NCBI GenBank assembly: GCA_964035545.1
Contig: OZ037765.1
Span: 29,759,504-29,823,503, forward strand
From: Bugula neritina
Lineage: Eukaryota > Animalia > Bryozoa
Direction of reading: 5' to 3'
Length of the DNA stretch: 64,000 bases
Shown: one piece after another, positions 1 through 14,117 of the stretch
Position numbering within the stretch: the first letter of the stretch is position 1
Layout of the letters: every line of letters starts with the position of its first letter
Notes under the pieces: model-generated
What the model was told of the DNA's origin: nothing
Database searches by the model: none
What the model saw: only the letters and a program-made list of their open reading frames with translations
Position numbers and translations under genes: made by a program

Positions 1-1944
1 ATCAGCAATGTCAGCCAAATTTATAATAAAGAATGAAAAAGCCCCATCGGAAAGAGTGCTGTTAAAAAACACCACAATGACTAGTTTATATAATATTTAC
101 ACTGTTCATTATAGTACAAATTGTGAAGGTTAGTAAATGATGAATGACAATTAATAGTTTAAATCTCTTGGTACATCCTCAGTACATTTGAGCAATAACT
201 TTTTATATCCCAAGGAAAATTTACAACTGGACTGTTGGCTATAATTATGAACAGATGTGAGGAGCAAGACAGTAAGTACTCATAAAATAAAGTCCATAAA
301 AGTAAACTAATATGATTGGCTCATTGCTTAGCAGCTAAAGTTACTAAAGTTAGTTTTCATGTAAAACAAGCTAAAGCTAGTTGTATCAACAGTAGAGTAA
401 TAGAAGACAACTTACAAATCAGCAATAAGAAATATCATGTACCATACAGTCTGTCCAGCACCAGAAAAGTACATAACCAGTCCTAGGACTATTTTCAAGT
501 AGAATGTAGCCATTTCCATTTTATACAGACTTATTAGATGAACGAATGGAGAGACTGCAACTACTGCAACCTAAACGGAAAATACGAAACCATATATATT
601 ATTTATTACATATATGCAATAATAACTGAGAAGTAAAGCTCATTTTAGCAGAATGCCTAAGGCCCTTGATTGAATTTAGTCAAAGAGTAATATCATGATG
701 TATGGGTTTGGAGCCAACTTTATCCTAATAAATTACAATAATGCCTCATAGAAAAAACACCAGTTAGCTGAAAAATATAGTGGGATAAAAAAATACTTTT
801 AAAAGTTAGTATCATAGTTACTGTGATCACCGAAGTGCTTGAGAACCAAACAGCTTAGCTATTCTATGACACATTTTAAATTTTTACTGTTGAAATAATG
901 ATTAAGTTTCAGCTGTACTCTTATAATATATGTGAGAATTTGTCGCTGAAAGTAAATAACAAAAACACTGTAATGTGTACTGGACTAAAGCATGCCTACA
1001 GTGCATCAACATGATACATAGGCACTTTATAAGCCATATAATGAGAATAGTTATAACTACTAAAATAGATAAGATGGAGAAGCACCAACCTGTGTTATGA
1101 CCATGAGAGCCCCCAGCAAAACGCTTCTAGACCCGGTTGACAGTTCGTCAGCAGGAATTAACTGCTCGGTAAATATTTTGGCAAAACTCATAATGTAGGT
1201 TATGTGAAGCTCTTGCAAGAAGTTCATGGCAACAAAACACAGAAAGTTTTTATTTCTGAAAATATCTTTAGTAAGAGCCCAATATGATCCTGCAGGAACA
1301 GATTGGTTTTCGGACATGTCATAGCGGGTGTTAGCGTACTTACCGGTAATAACAAAAAATATGAGCGATATTCCTCCAAGAATTAAACATATGCCTTGGA
1401 AAATATAATAATTTGTAAGACCATCAGAGAAGTAATCTGTAACAAACACCGAGCTAGTTCCTATTATTCCAGCTATGCCCATGTACTTAACCATCATTAA
1501 CCTTTCGGAGTCGCTTTCTCCATATTCAGTCATGAGTGCGCAATGAGCCAAGAGACAGAATGTGAAGAACGTATCAAATAGGCACAATGCACAAAGTCCT
1601 TGAATAAAACAAATAAATCCATTACTTCCGCCAACATAGTCTGCCCAAGGAAACCAGGGTATTAGAAATGATATCGCCCATGGCACAGCACCGTATAAGA
1701 TACATTTACGCCTTACAGAAATCCATCCATCAACTGCTGTATCTTGTAAATAACCAAACCATGGGTCATTTACAGCATTCCATATAGCAAATATAAATTG
1801 AGATAACTGAAACCATGTCTGGTTCATATGATATTTGTCAAGGAAAATTTTCACATAGTAAAAATTGAAAACTGTAGATATAATTCTACTCCCTAAGGTC
1901 GTAGATGAGTATATCAATGCTTTTTTGCTAAATCTCTCAACCAT
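1..1944 (-). CDS. MFSD13A: MFS-type transmembrane protein (MFSD13A/TMEM180-like), multi-exon, 3' end beyond window
   Basis: ORF 1944-1060 with FNFYYVKIFL, WNAVNDPWFGYLQD, FLIPWFPW motifs of the MFS_2/TMEM180 family; exons approx. 1944-1090, 570-417, 58-1 joined by GT/AG sites; probable 5'UTR intron ~2468-1972. Confidence 0.85.
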
Positions 1945-2189
1945 CTTGTAGCAAGTTGGAGTCTGTCAATTCTAAAAAAAAAATTATGCGTAAAATTCAA
2001 AAATGAATAGATAAAACAGCTGCATTGTAATTGCATCCCATTAAGATTTAATAGTTTTCAAATTGATATATTGAACATTGAGAATACTGCTGTGCATTTT
2101 ATCTTTTTAATTAAGCATTAGTATTCATACCAGATTATAGGAGATTGCAAGTGTGCTAACGAAATTTAACCCCCCCCCTCTCCCAGTAT

Positions 2190-2425
2190 CAATATGAATT
2201 AGAATAACTACCAGACCCAGTGTCAGAGACACTGACAGATTCAGAATCAGTATCAGTAGAAGCATCACTATCAGCATCAAACTCAGTATGACTATGAGTA
2301 TCATTACCAGTACCAGCATGAGTATGACTATCACTATGAGAAAGTGGAAGACTAACTGTAACACTAACAGTAACAGTAAGACTAAAAGTAAAAGTTTTAC
2401 TAAAACTAAAAGTAAAAGTAAATCA
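2190..2425. repeat. Degenerate 6-bp-periodic low-complexity tract (AGTATC/ACTATG/AGTAAC type) in probable first intron of MFSD13A
   Basis: Visible periodic run; source of spurious Leu/Ile/Val ORF 2125-2436. Confidence 0.8.
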
Positions 2426-2469
2426 CCAACAGCCAACAGGCAACAGCTAGTGTTACAATAGCTAACTTA

Positions 2470-3335
2470 CAAAAAATAGACTGAAAATATTTACTGATTT
2501 ATAAATTATAAGAATTCAACGTGAGAAAATAAAACATCACTCAAAAGTTTATGAGCAATGTGACTTTTAATATAAATATAAACAAATAATTGTACCAGTA
2601 CTAACAAAAACTCAAACTGAAATGTTGCGCTTTAACTTAAACTTAAAGCCACGCCTCCTATACTTATAGACAGTATCATAGAGCCGCGTCAGTGTGGTAT
2701 ATTAAATATACCACACTGAGCCGCGTCAGTAAGGTAAAATTGTAAGCACCTATTTGTTGTACTCTAAGCAATGATTACAAACACTTAGGATTTATTTATA
2801 TCTGACATACATTGTTTAAGATATATTTTATAATTATAATAATAATACTATCACAAATTTCTTATTTTTATTACTCTACATTACACGACTTGCTTAGCGC
2901 AAAATCTTAAATTAACCTACAAATAATTCAGCGCTCAGTCTTTAAATGAGAAGATAAGTTAAGGAACTGGAAAATATTTCTAGTACAGTCGTAGGAATTA
3001 TTTTACAAGCAGCCTTGAATTGGGAGTGAAGGACGGTTTTAGTTTGGGAGTCTCAAGTTTATAGTTGGGGGCCTAACTTCAAACTTGAAAACTTCAAACT
3101 ATTGCATTTATTCACCCCAAACTTGAAGCTGCTTATAGAACAAACTTTGGTCGCGTCAACAAGCCAAGGAATCGTCTTCTCCTTTCCTTATTTCAACGCT
3201 GCGCAACAATCAAGGTAGCACAACTATCACAATTTAATTTATACACAATAATCACAATAATTATATTATATCGCGTTTTCTCCTTTCTCCAGCCAGAACC
3301 CAACTCACTTTCGGTTTGAATACAGAATAGTAACT
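2470..3335. promoter_or_regulatory. Probable bidirectional promoter/first exons between MFSD13A (-) and USF3-like (+)
   Basis: Head-to-head genes; locally CpG-richer; outward-facing splice donors at ~2468 (-) and ~3336 (+, gtaagt). Confidence 0.55.
2690..2718. mobile_element. 29-bp minimal hAT-like remnant (TIR-only) with 8-bp TSD
   Basis: CAGTGTGGTATATT-A-AATATACCACACTG perfect 14-bp inverted repeat flanked by AGCCGCGT at 2682-2689 and 2719-2726. Confidence 0.7.
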
Positions 3336-3399
3336 GTAAGTGATTCACTTTTAATTACAATGGAGTAATTACCATATATAATTGGCGAAATAGAATAAT

Positions 3400-4940
3400 A
3401 CCATAGGCATATTAACTTTAAGACTTAGGTTATACTTATAGTTATACTTATAGTAACTTAATCTTATAGTTATGCTTATACTTATACTTATACTTATACT
3501 TATAGTTATACTTAATCTTATACTTATGTCTTATACTTATACTTATAGTTATAGTTATACTAATAGTAATACTGTTACTGTAATACTTATAATTATACTC
3601 AAACGATTATCAGTATCACAATTTGAATCACGACTGCCGAAAGTTGATAATTAAATTTGAATTTATAATTAAAAACTTAAACTAAATCCAATAGTAATAA
3701 CTAATAAATAATCCTAATACTATTAGTAGTACTAATAGTAATAGTAATAGTAATAGTAATGTAATAGTAAAACCAATACCTATGGCTATTGTTTTACTTT
3801 TAATGATACTTACGCTTTAAATTTAATGCTATTACTATTAGTATTAGTATTACATTTACTATTACTGTATAAGGTATTACTATTACTATAAGTATAAGGA
3901 TTATTCATCTATTGTATTAGTATTACTATTACTAATACTATTAGTGTTATTATTAGTAGTTAGTCAGTAAGTTAGTGTAAGTATTACGTAATTTTACTAT
4001 AAGTATAACATTAAGTTTAACTATTACTATTAGTATTACTATTAGTATTATGCTAAAAGACTAAGTATAACTATAAGTATTATTATAACTAATACTATAA
4101 GTATAAGACTAAGAGTAAGACTAAGTATGATTATTATTTTTACCTATACTACTACTACTGCTACTACTACTAATACTACGAGTAGTAGTAGTAGTGGTAG
4201 TAGTATTAATAGTACTAATACTAATACTAATAGTATTATTATTACTATTAGTGAATTACTGTCTTAGTAATACTAATACTAATACAGTAATAGTAATTGT
4301 AAATGTAATAGTAATAGTAATGCAGTATTAGACATTGTAATAGCACTATTATTTATTATAAGTATTCACATCATCATAATGTCTATTGGTATTACTATTA
4401 GTATTAGTATTACTATTAGTAGTGTATTACAGGTACTACAAGCACTGCTAGGTCTAGTATTACTAATATTACTATTAGTATCAGTATGACATTCACACCA
4501 ATTATTTCAATATCAATACGAGTATAAACTATCACTATAATTATGAGTGTAATTATTACTCTAAATATTAATGTAAGCTAAAGTATTTCTATAACTGATA
4601 GTAATACTAGTAGTTACTAAAATTGAAACTATTAGATTTACTATTAGTATTAGTATTACTATTAGCTTCAAGTTCAAGTATGAGACTATAAGTATTACTT
4701 CATGTGATAATATTAATATATAACGTTTACTATATCATTAACTTTGAGTTATGACATAGTAAATGTTATATATTGATGATGTTTCACTTATAAGATTACG
4801 TATAACTGTATAAGACTTAGTCTTAGAGTTATACTTGTACTAGTAGTAATATACTTAGATTATAGATTAATACTAATAGTAGTAATTATTACCATATACA
4901 ATTTATGTTATACTTATAGTTATAGTATAAGTTACAGTCA
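3400..4940. repeat. Long degenerate 6-bp-periodic tract (TATACT/TATAGT/AGTAAT/AGTATT) in probable first intron of USF3-like gene
   Basis: Directly visible; blocks alternate between NATAST and its reverse complement ASTATN. Confidence 0.85.
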
Positions 4941-5345
4941 CTGCCAGGAATGAAGTACTTACTGGAGAAGTGACTATGCATCTGAAGATAACTTGTTCTA
5001 ACTAGTAATTAAATGTGATTAGCAATTGTTAATTATTGTTTAATTACTTTTGAAATCTTTTGGCTCAAGACACTATCATCATAGCTATAATGAACTTTAA
5101 AATCTTGTTGAAACTAAAAATAGTTATTTTAAATAGGTATTATATTTTATTTTTTATTTATCTATTTGTACTGCTATTTTTATAGAAAATATAATTGAAT
5201 GAACCATTGTGCAGTCTGGTCATTCTTACCATCTATTAGCTAGGACTGGGTACTTGCTGGTGGATCTATAATTCTAAACGGTAATGTCAGCAGATGCGGG
5301 TTGCAGCCATCTGCTTCGTTACATAATGAGCTGAGTACCTTCTAG

Positions 5346-8300
5346 ATGGATAACAGTTACTCCGCTTTCTCTGAGATGGCTGGTAGTGCTACGGGTATGT
5401 GTATGTGCTGTATTACTGCAACTTGCCTAAGGTTTTACAAAAAGCTGTTTTATTATTTTATTGTATTGTTCTATAATTAAATGAAGCATATCATAAGCCA
5501 GTTGCTATTCTAGTTAGTAGCTGGTATCTTTGCTGTAGAAGATGATGAAGTTGGTGCCCCTAAAGAGAATATTGATGTGGGAGCTCGGCTGTAAGATATA
5601 AAGTTTTGTTAGCTGCAACATGTACCATAATATAGTGTAATATATCATAATAATATAGTATAATATATCGTAATAATATACTAGAATATACTAGAATATA
5701 TAGAGTATACTAGCATGCATTAGAATATACTAGAATAATATATTGGAATAATATACTAGAATATGTAGAATATACTAGAATATGTAGAATATACTAGAAT
5801 ACAACATATTAGAATCTATAGTAGCGTATACTAGAATATACAGGGTATAGTTGAAAATACTAGAATATATTTGAATATGTAGGGTGAGACATACTGTTAT
5901 ACAGTTTACATTGAATCAAGTGATTTGCTATGTTTCCATATTAGGAAAGACAGTAGAGCTCAGAGAAATAGCCTCGAGAGGAAGAGGAAAGAGAGGATAA
6001 AGATGTTTATAACACAACTGAAAGAGATGATACCTGAGGACTTTCAGGCTTCTATGAAGAAGGCATGTATATTGGAGTATGTATGGTTTAGGGAACTTGT
6101 AGACGCTACGTCTATGATATACAAACTTATAATGGGCCTAATTATGGTGGGTGCTGATGCTATAAAACAAAAGAGCCAGGTTTAATTATTGTTCTGTGGT
6201 TTTATATGAAAAGTTGAGATTTTTAGTGTTTGGTAAAGGGTTGACAGTAATTAGTACTATAGTTAACTTAGCTTATATACTCCTAGTTTTGAATAACATG
6301 TATGCAAACCCAACAACTAATTTGAATAATTTTTGTCAAAAAATGTCATGTGTTTGTACTCTTTGTTATGGAAAAGCTCTGGTTAATATATTGCTTGTTG
6401 GAGTATTAAAACTTGATATGTGACACCATCTCCACTGATATGTAGCATAGAGAAATGTGGATGTCATGGACTGGCATTTTAAGCTTTTGGGTTTTCTATT
6501 GCAATAAAATTATTGCATGGTGCAGATGGGTAATACTGAGATTCAGAGAAATTTGTTTAGTTTAACATATTCCGGAAATAACAATCAATTTTGGTATCCA
6601 AATGTGAAACTATTGTATGCTTGTGCAAGTGTCTAGCAAAACTTATGTACCTATTCTGTTCACAGCCACAGTCATTGATAATCAATATAAGCTTTAAAAA
6701 TTACATTAAATTGAAAATATTTTTTTAAAAAACTAATGGTGATATACTATATAGTTTCAATAAGGTACTTGTTCAATAATGTCAAGTCCGATACGTTGTA
6801 TTTTTGATTTGTGCTCTCTGTGATTGCCTTGTACTAATAATACTGAATACTATATGTGAGGCAAAACTGACGAAGGTGAATATTGCTCGAAAACAGAAGT
6901 TGAAGTGAATACTTGAAACACTACTTCTCTTCAATAAAATTAATCAATTTAATTACTGCGAAACTATACATTACTGCAAGTACAAGTTTCATCATTTAAA
7001 TCTCTATCCAATTGAATGGTATATTAGTGAAGCTCTGGATAAAGATCACTTAGCATTGCCCTCATCTCGTCTCTGCTACGTAATTTTTTCCAACAAAAGT
7101 TTGCCTATCAAACCATTTCAATGCTTGCATTTTAAAGCAAAACATAAGTTTATCTCAGTCCCAAGAAGTCTCTGCCACTACTACACTGTGTTGCGTCATA
7201 TGAAATCACTGTGCAGTAGGACTCTGTCTTGTGACTAATACATATATACTTGCAGTGCTCTTCCAGCAATGCAGTGCTGGAGCAAGCTGTAGCATACATG
7301 AGGCATCTAAAAGACCAACATAAACTGTTGCTGAGTGAAAATGGAAGCCAGGTTCAGTGTAAGTCATCTGGTGAAGGTACATACTAAGTGTGTTGATGTA
7401 CTTCGCAGTTTTCTCTCTGCTATACACATTTCTCTTTTTCACATTTAAATTTCAAATTTTTAAAATATGATGTCTGATCATAGAATCTCACCGAAAGTTT
7501 TCATCTGAACTCAAGTCTGCAGTTTTCTTGGAGTATAATTTTATCTTAGAGTGTTTGATTTTATGATGTTAGGTGAAGAGATCAAGAGGTTGAAGGAAGA
7601 GCTCTTGTTGGTGAAGTCTGAGAGAGATGTGTATGCCAAGATGGTGCAACAAGCCGGTAAGGGCAGCGACAGCAGTAAAATATCTCTTGAAATAAATTCA
7701 TATCAGAAAATTATACGCAATTTTTATGGGCTATATATTGCAGTCTTTTCACACAGTTACAATATTATGGACGCTTTCAAACAACAAAGAAACAGCGTGT
7801 CATGCACATGGATCAAAGTTTTTAGTTTTATTCATTTTTATTTTTGCATTCAGTATTAATCTGTGAATAATTTTGCACATCTGGTATGTACTACTCAGTA
7901 ACGTGTTTCCCTGGTGAATAGAAGTTATTCATTTGAGCTTCAAAAGTTGGAAATGATGGAAAAAGTTGAGGTTAAGTCCTGATGAAATGGTGGCTGTGCT
8001 GATATGTTCCTTTCAAGAAAACATCAGATCCTGTCAATAGGGTCTATTATTTCATTAAACATAATAGTTTCCATTAGTACATCTAATATGTTATCAAATG
8101 CAACAAGTTTGTAAGCTAAAGTATATAATATAGCTTTACAAATAATTGCAATATAAATGCATTCTATCTTCCATTATTCTGTACTGATAACACTTGCTGG
8201 GTTGCACTGTATTTTGAAATTCATTATAACACTTGTCAGGTATGTTACATGTGATAATATGGTTGTAGCTGCTGTCACTCCTCAGATGTTAGTCAACTCT

Positions 8301-11300
8301 AAAACAAATTCGGGGCCTTTGCCAACCTGCCAGTCTTTAGAAACTGTATCGGCTGATCAAATCAAGGCTAAGTTACCAGGTCAAGGTGAGTTGTAGAATA
8401 TGTGTACAAGTAAAGAAATGCAACTTGTCTCACAGTGGAATGGAGTTGGTTATCTTAATATGTATGAACATTTAAATGAAATCTACCAAATAACTGTGTG
8501 TAGTCGAGTGCTCTTCTCAACGCCCATTCAAATTTCTTATGGAAGTCTAACCTTAGTTTCTGAGCTACAAGTTCTTAAAAACTGCTGCTTCATCGCCAAT
8601 GCTATTAGCTCTGTTAGTCACAGCCATTCCATTTCCGAAGCTTGTAAATCTATTCAGTAGCTATGTCTTCAAGAAACAGCAGGGTTTGAGAAATGAAGTT
8701 GTATGTTGAAAGGTTTGCTGATAACCCAAACTGGTCACACGTACTACGTGAATGAGGAGGGTATACCTGTAGCACAGGGCATGGCCACTACGCTGCTGTC
8801 TGACAACGTGCTACTTAAACCAAACAGCGTTCCTCCTGTACCATCAGCAGCCAATCAGCAACCTGTGTGTGCGGAGGCAGCACCACTCAGTGCACCTGTG
8901 GACGCTGCCTCTACTATAACCGTCAGCTCTACCTCCATACCTGTCTGCTCCAGTGGTAATGTTTTGTTTCTATTGTGAATAACGAATTCAATCGGAGCAT
9001 TTTTGCTGATTTTAAAAGGTTGTAATTGCTCTTGCATGGTTCCATTGAATTAAGATTGTGTGTAAAATTAAGCTGTCGTTGGACACACTTGTTTTCTTTT
9101 CATTTTGTTTTTATTATATTTTATTTAAAGTTCTTAGTAAAAGTTATAAAGTTATATATATTGAACCTTATAAATGTTTTATAAAGCTTGGAAAGAATAG
9201 GATATGTATGTATCCTTCATGTAAGTTTGTATTCCTCAGTGTTCATCCATCAAATAGCCTTGTTTTCAGGTGTCATATCAACCTGTGCTGTAACCAACGC
9301 CTCTATACCGCGAGGTTTAGTAGCGTTACCTGGGCACACTGGGCAGGTGCCTAATGCTATTATATTATCAACTGGACACATTATTCCAGTTGCAACCTCA
9401 AGTAACTCCGCCCTGAATACTCCATCTTCTAGTGCTGTCCCACATTCTACTGCAGGTATGTATTGTTTATCAGCTCTAGGTGTACATAACCAGTGTATCT
9501 ATAATATTGATAATATCAAGTGTTGGGGCCTCTACTTTACATTACCTTACACTCGTGTACATGTTTCAAGTTAGTTATAGCCTCAGGGCTTTCAAATTGT
9601 AACACATGTTCGAATAATATGCTGTATAACAGACTAATTGGAAATATTTTATATGTTGGTTGCAGTCATAACTCAAAGTTTAGATTTGATGGCCAAACTT
9701 TCACTTATCATTGGTCTACAATTTTTGCGTAATTTTACATAAAAATAAAATGTGCATTTTCAAATGAGTGAAACCTACCAAACATCAGTATGGAGGATGT
9801 TTAACCATTACCAGCAAGAAACCTGTTTATTAAATTAATTCACTATCAAATGGGTTCACGGCCCTGTCTTTTTCTTTTTTGCCATCACCCTATTCTTGTG
9901 CAGATCTTAGAATCAAAAACAACATGTCATCGAAGTTTTAAACAAAACTTGTTTATATAATTCACTCAACTCGCATGCCCTGTGTTTGTTTTAGATGTGT
10001 CTAATATCACTAGTCATGTGTCAACCAATACACCAGCACCATTGGTGTCTGCTGGTAATACCGCATTTACTACTCCCACCACCAGCTCTCCTGGAGTTCT
10101 TCTAAGTGCTACAACTTTACAGAATATATACTCAGCACCACTGGCTAATTCCGGCGTAGTGGCAGAGCTAGGGGACGGCTCCTCTTTCTGTAAAATCATG
10201 CCAAAGCCTGCCATGTACACTTCTACCCCACAGAAATCCCACAACGTAATGGCTGACTCTGTCAGACTCACTCCCATACCTCTTCCTACATGCTCGGTCA
10301 GCGTAGCTCCTTCACTCTTCAAAAATGCTCCCGAACCTACCAAGAAGAAGCGTAACTCCAGAAAGAAGAAGGCCAAAGACGGCGAAGTTATGATTTCCAG
10401 CGATATCTTAGCCGCGGCTACTGCCAATATATTTACATCAGAGAAAAGTGACACTACTCAGACGTATGTTACAATAGTTTCTGAACTATATGCTTGACTA
10501 ATAATTTTATTATTTCTTATTTTTACAGTGATTTTCATGATTAGTAGCTTTAGAATAATATGAGTTTTTCACACTCTTGTAGCATTAAATCTTATGTATG
10601 CATTATTTTTTATATTTATAGTCAACAAAATTCAGCAGAAACAGACGCGATGACATCACATGGAATGCAGAATTCTCTAATATCTGTTGCCAGTACTATT
10701 ATTGTACCCTCTGAACCTCTGAACGCTATGCCTATCCCTACACTTCCTCTAACAGGTGCAGCTCTTTAATTACTTCTAGTTTTTTCTGTAATGTTTATAG
10801 AAATGCAGTAACTGTGGTATTTTAGAAAATTGTAATATGCTTGTAGTTGTTGATGACCTGGAAATGTTGGTTATATCATTGTTACTTTAATTGCTGATAT
10901 ACTTGTTCTACTTGTTATATGCATACCATACCTTTTACCTAGGAGTTCGAGCTCGAAGAACAAGAAAGCGCAAGATCAAGGAGAAGGAGGCTAAAGCTGC
11001 TGCTGCTGCCGCCGCAGCGGACTCTGAAGATCCACCAAGTGCAAAGCTAACAAAGAGAAGTGTTTCCCGAGATGGTATGGAATACTCTTCTGTTGAACTG
11101 ATGATTATAGATTTATAGTATAGCTAAAGAATTGTTGACTTTGGTTTGATGCTTTTTGACTCATCTTTTATTATAATTCATTTTTAAAATGTGGTTTGTA
11201 TTATAAAAAACTTTTTCTCAATATAATACTCGTATAATATAATAAGATATACATGTATTATTTGTACACTTGGATAAGTTTTCTTGTTTCAGATGAGAAA

Positions 11301-14117
11301 ATCGAAGAGAACTCTGGACAATGTGTCACTACAAGTGCATCAAATGCGAATCCTCAAGCCATTGAGTTTGACTCAAATGACATTGACAATATATTAGACC
11401 AAGTGGAGAACTACGACGAGAGAGATGGTCAGCAGCCATCTTTTGTCATGGACTCCGATGATAAACTGGCCAAGTACCAAGTAGTTAATGGCGATGAAGA
11501 AATAGGTCACGTGTTCACTACTCCTTCCTCCAACAAGGCCTCTACTGAATCTAGTACCTACAAATCTAACGCACGCAATTTGCAGATATTGGAAGGCCTG
11601 CCCTCCGCTCCCTCTGATTCATATCTTATTGGAAACTTGACTAAAACCACCGAGCAGCCTGTAGACCATCGACGGAAGCCTAATAAACCAGAAACAACCC
11701 CTGGCTCTGATGCCAGTCATCAAGATTCTTATACTGGCGGCTTTGCACCATATCAATCAGTAAGTACTGTACAGCACGAGTCCTCACATCTAGCCGCTCC
11801 AGAGAATCTTCCAAAAGCGCAAAAGGTAGACAGCTCCAGTGTTGCTGGGGACCAAGATATCCCTAGCCATTCCTATGTCAAAGTTTCCTATTTATCTAAA
11901 ACTGAGCCCGAGAAAAATGTAGAAAACTGTATTCACAGTTCGTCAGCCATGCCAATGCTGGTATCAGATAGTAAAACAGTTAGTAGTTTATCTCAAACCG
12001 AACTCAAGCATGATAGTTTAGTGAGAGGAAAATCTCCTCAATTATCGAGCCTGCCTTCTGAGCCATTCTCGTATAACAAACCCGAACAGGTCAACTCAGT
12101 GCAGCACACCTCTCAAGGTCACTCAGTTCATACCTCTCAAGGTCACCCAATTCATACCTCTCAAGGTCACCCAATTCACACCTCTCAAGGTCACTCAGTT
12201 CACACCTCTCAAGGTCACTCAGTTCACACCTCTCAAGGTCACTCAGTTCATACCTCAGTGTTTAAAAGTGGCACATCCTCTGCACCTGCTTGGTCTCCGG
12301 CCAAAGATTTGGAGAATATGGCTACCTCTATCACTAGTCATACTCCACATACCAGCTACAGCTCAGCTCAGTCATACTATACTCCCCTTCAACACTCCAA
12401 TAATAAGTACTCCCACCCTTCATCTAATGGCGACGCTGGTAATGTTCACAAGTCTCCCTTCCAAGACATGCCCTACCAGTATCCCCAGTTTACTTCTTCA
12501 AGTACTACAGTCTCTGTCGCACCACCTGGGCTGCTACATAATCAAACTGATAGCAGTCAGTTCCACATGTCCAACTTAGCCGCTTCTAAAAACCAGCTTT
12601 ACCAGTCTAGAGATGGCAATAATTATTCGTCTAGTCAGCAATTGTGGCCTTGCCAAGATACTAGTAGGAGTGATAATCCTTTTGATCACAGACAGGCTTT
12701 ATCCAATCAGGTTCCTACGTCTTTACCTGCGCAGGTGCTGGATGCTACTGCTCAAGAGAATGTTAAGAAGCATGCTGTCAAAAAAGTTGTTCCTAAATCA
12801 AAAGTTTCAACAAAGCGTTCAGCTGCCGGAAATGATGCCAAACTTAGCCAACCTACTACTTTCCACCAGAACGTGGATTCTGCATCAATGCCTTCCCAGG
12901 AAAGCTACCAAAGTGTTCAAGATTTGCCATTTGGTTTGTCAAGTAGATCAACATCTAGTCAACTGAGTAATGCGCCAAGTCATGGTGTTAATGTGTCTCA
13001 AGCTAAACAGAATGTGTTTAGTACAGAGGCTTTGCTGAATAAGGATAATTCTGACAAAGAAGCCTCCAAGAATTTTCCAGACTCTGTGTATTCTCGCTAC
13101 CAGCCACCCGTGCCCCTCATACCACACAATAATGATAACAGTCACATAAATAAGGAACCGAGGCTCATTGCTAACCAGATGAGCAATCCCGCATTTAATA
13201 TGAGTCTATTTAATTCGGCAACCCATGCTCTAAATTCTTTATCTTCATCATTCAGTGATCCATCGTTTACTTTCTCCCTTGCCAATTCTTCAGGGTCTCT
13301 CCCCGCACCAGCCTCAAATCTGTACCATCCCAGTTCATCTACCGCTGTTCAGCATTCATTTTTGTTGCCACCAGCTTCTCAGTCTCACAGCTTCTCGCAC
13401 ATTAATGCTACCCAACCGAACACGAACCTCTTGAGTCAGAATAAATCTGTTCACGACCTCATACAAAATCCATTGCAGCCTTATGGCTCTTCATATTCCA
13501 GTTCAGTAGAACAAAGTAAAAAGTTATATGAGAAGAAATCAGAACCACGGTCTATGTCCCAACCAGCAAACTCAACTAAAGCTAAGCGTTCAAAGTCTCG
13601 TCAAACTGAGGTAACTAGAGAAGCTCCAATTGTACCACCAAATTACCCTAACCAATCATATGGTGTGCCAGCTTTTCCCATCAATAAGGAACTTGACGCT
13701 ACTGTAGCAGCAAATCCTGCCAACTTCTATAACTCTCAGTCTATGTATAACAAGCCTAGCAATACGTTCCCAGGTCTGTCCTTTCAGCATCCAGGTTTCT
13801 CGTCTCTTCAACGATCTTCCCATCCTTTCCCGAACCATTCAGATCAAATCCATCAGCCATCTACTAAATTCAATTTAAATAATATTTTTAAGGAGAATTC
13901 ATCTGTAGATTCATTCAAGCATTTGAATGGAAACACATCTCACGGCTCTGTGTATTCACCACAGACGTCTCACCTTTATCATAACCCTATGAGCATAAAC
14001 AATATACTTGGTAACGCTCCAGGCTTTGATTCTAACCGAGTGTCTGCGTTTTCAGGCGCCCACAGCTTTGCAGGCTTTCATCCTGCGTTTGATTTTAATG
14101 TTTCCGGCCAACCTTAA
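5346..14117 (+). CDS. USF3: USF3 (KIAA2018)-like bHLH-leucine zipper transcription factor with long Ser/Gln/Pro-rich C-terminus
   Basis: Exons approx. 5346-5394, 5521-5590, 5945-6062, 7256-7358, 7573-7656, 8269-8384, 8713-8955, 9270-9455, 9995-10462, 10622-10755, 10942-11074, 11293-14117. Spliced bHLH-ZIP: RNSLERKRKERIKMFITQLKEMIP...NAVLEQAVAYMRHLKDQHKLLLSENGSQVQ-EEIKRLKEEL, matching the N-terminal bHLH plus huge terminal exon architecture of USF3. Confidence 0.72.
5630..5880. repeat. ~10-bp minisatellite (ATATACTAGA variants), intronic
   Basis: Repeated atatactaga/atatgtaga units. Confidence 0.8.
12106..12258 (+). repeat. Coding 24-bp tandem repeat (HTSQGH[S/P][V/I]) x~6
   Basis: cacacctctcaaggtcactcagtt units inside the 11293-14117 exon. 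Confidence 0.9.

Noticed and set aside
2125-2436. Hydrophobic Leu/Ile/Val ORFs (also 3472-3654, 15053-15340, 38217-38644, 44119-44307)
   Set aside because: Translation artefacts of the periodic tracts
7206-7442. Minus-strand ORF containing EKTAKYINTL, resembling bHLH helix 2 (possible inverted exon)
   Set aside because: The true helix-2 exon is on the plus strand at 7256-7358 with good splice sites; the antisense match lacks a pyrimidine tract and is likely coincidence
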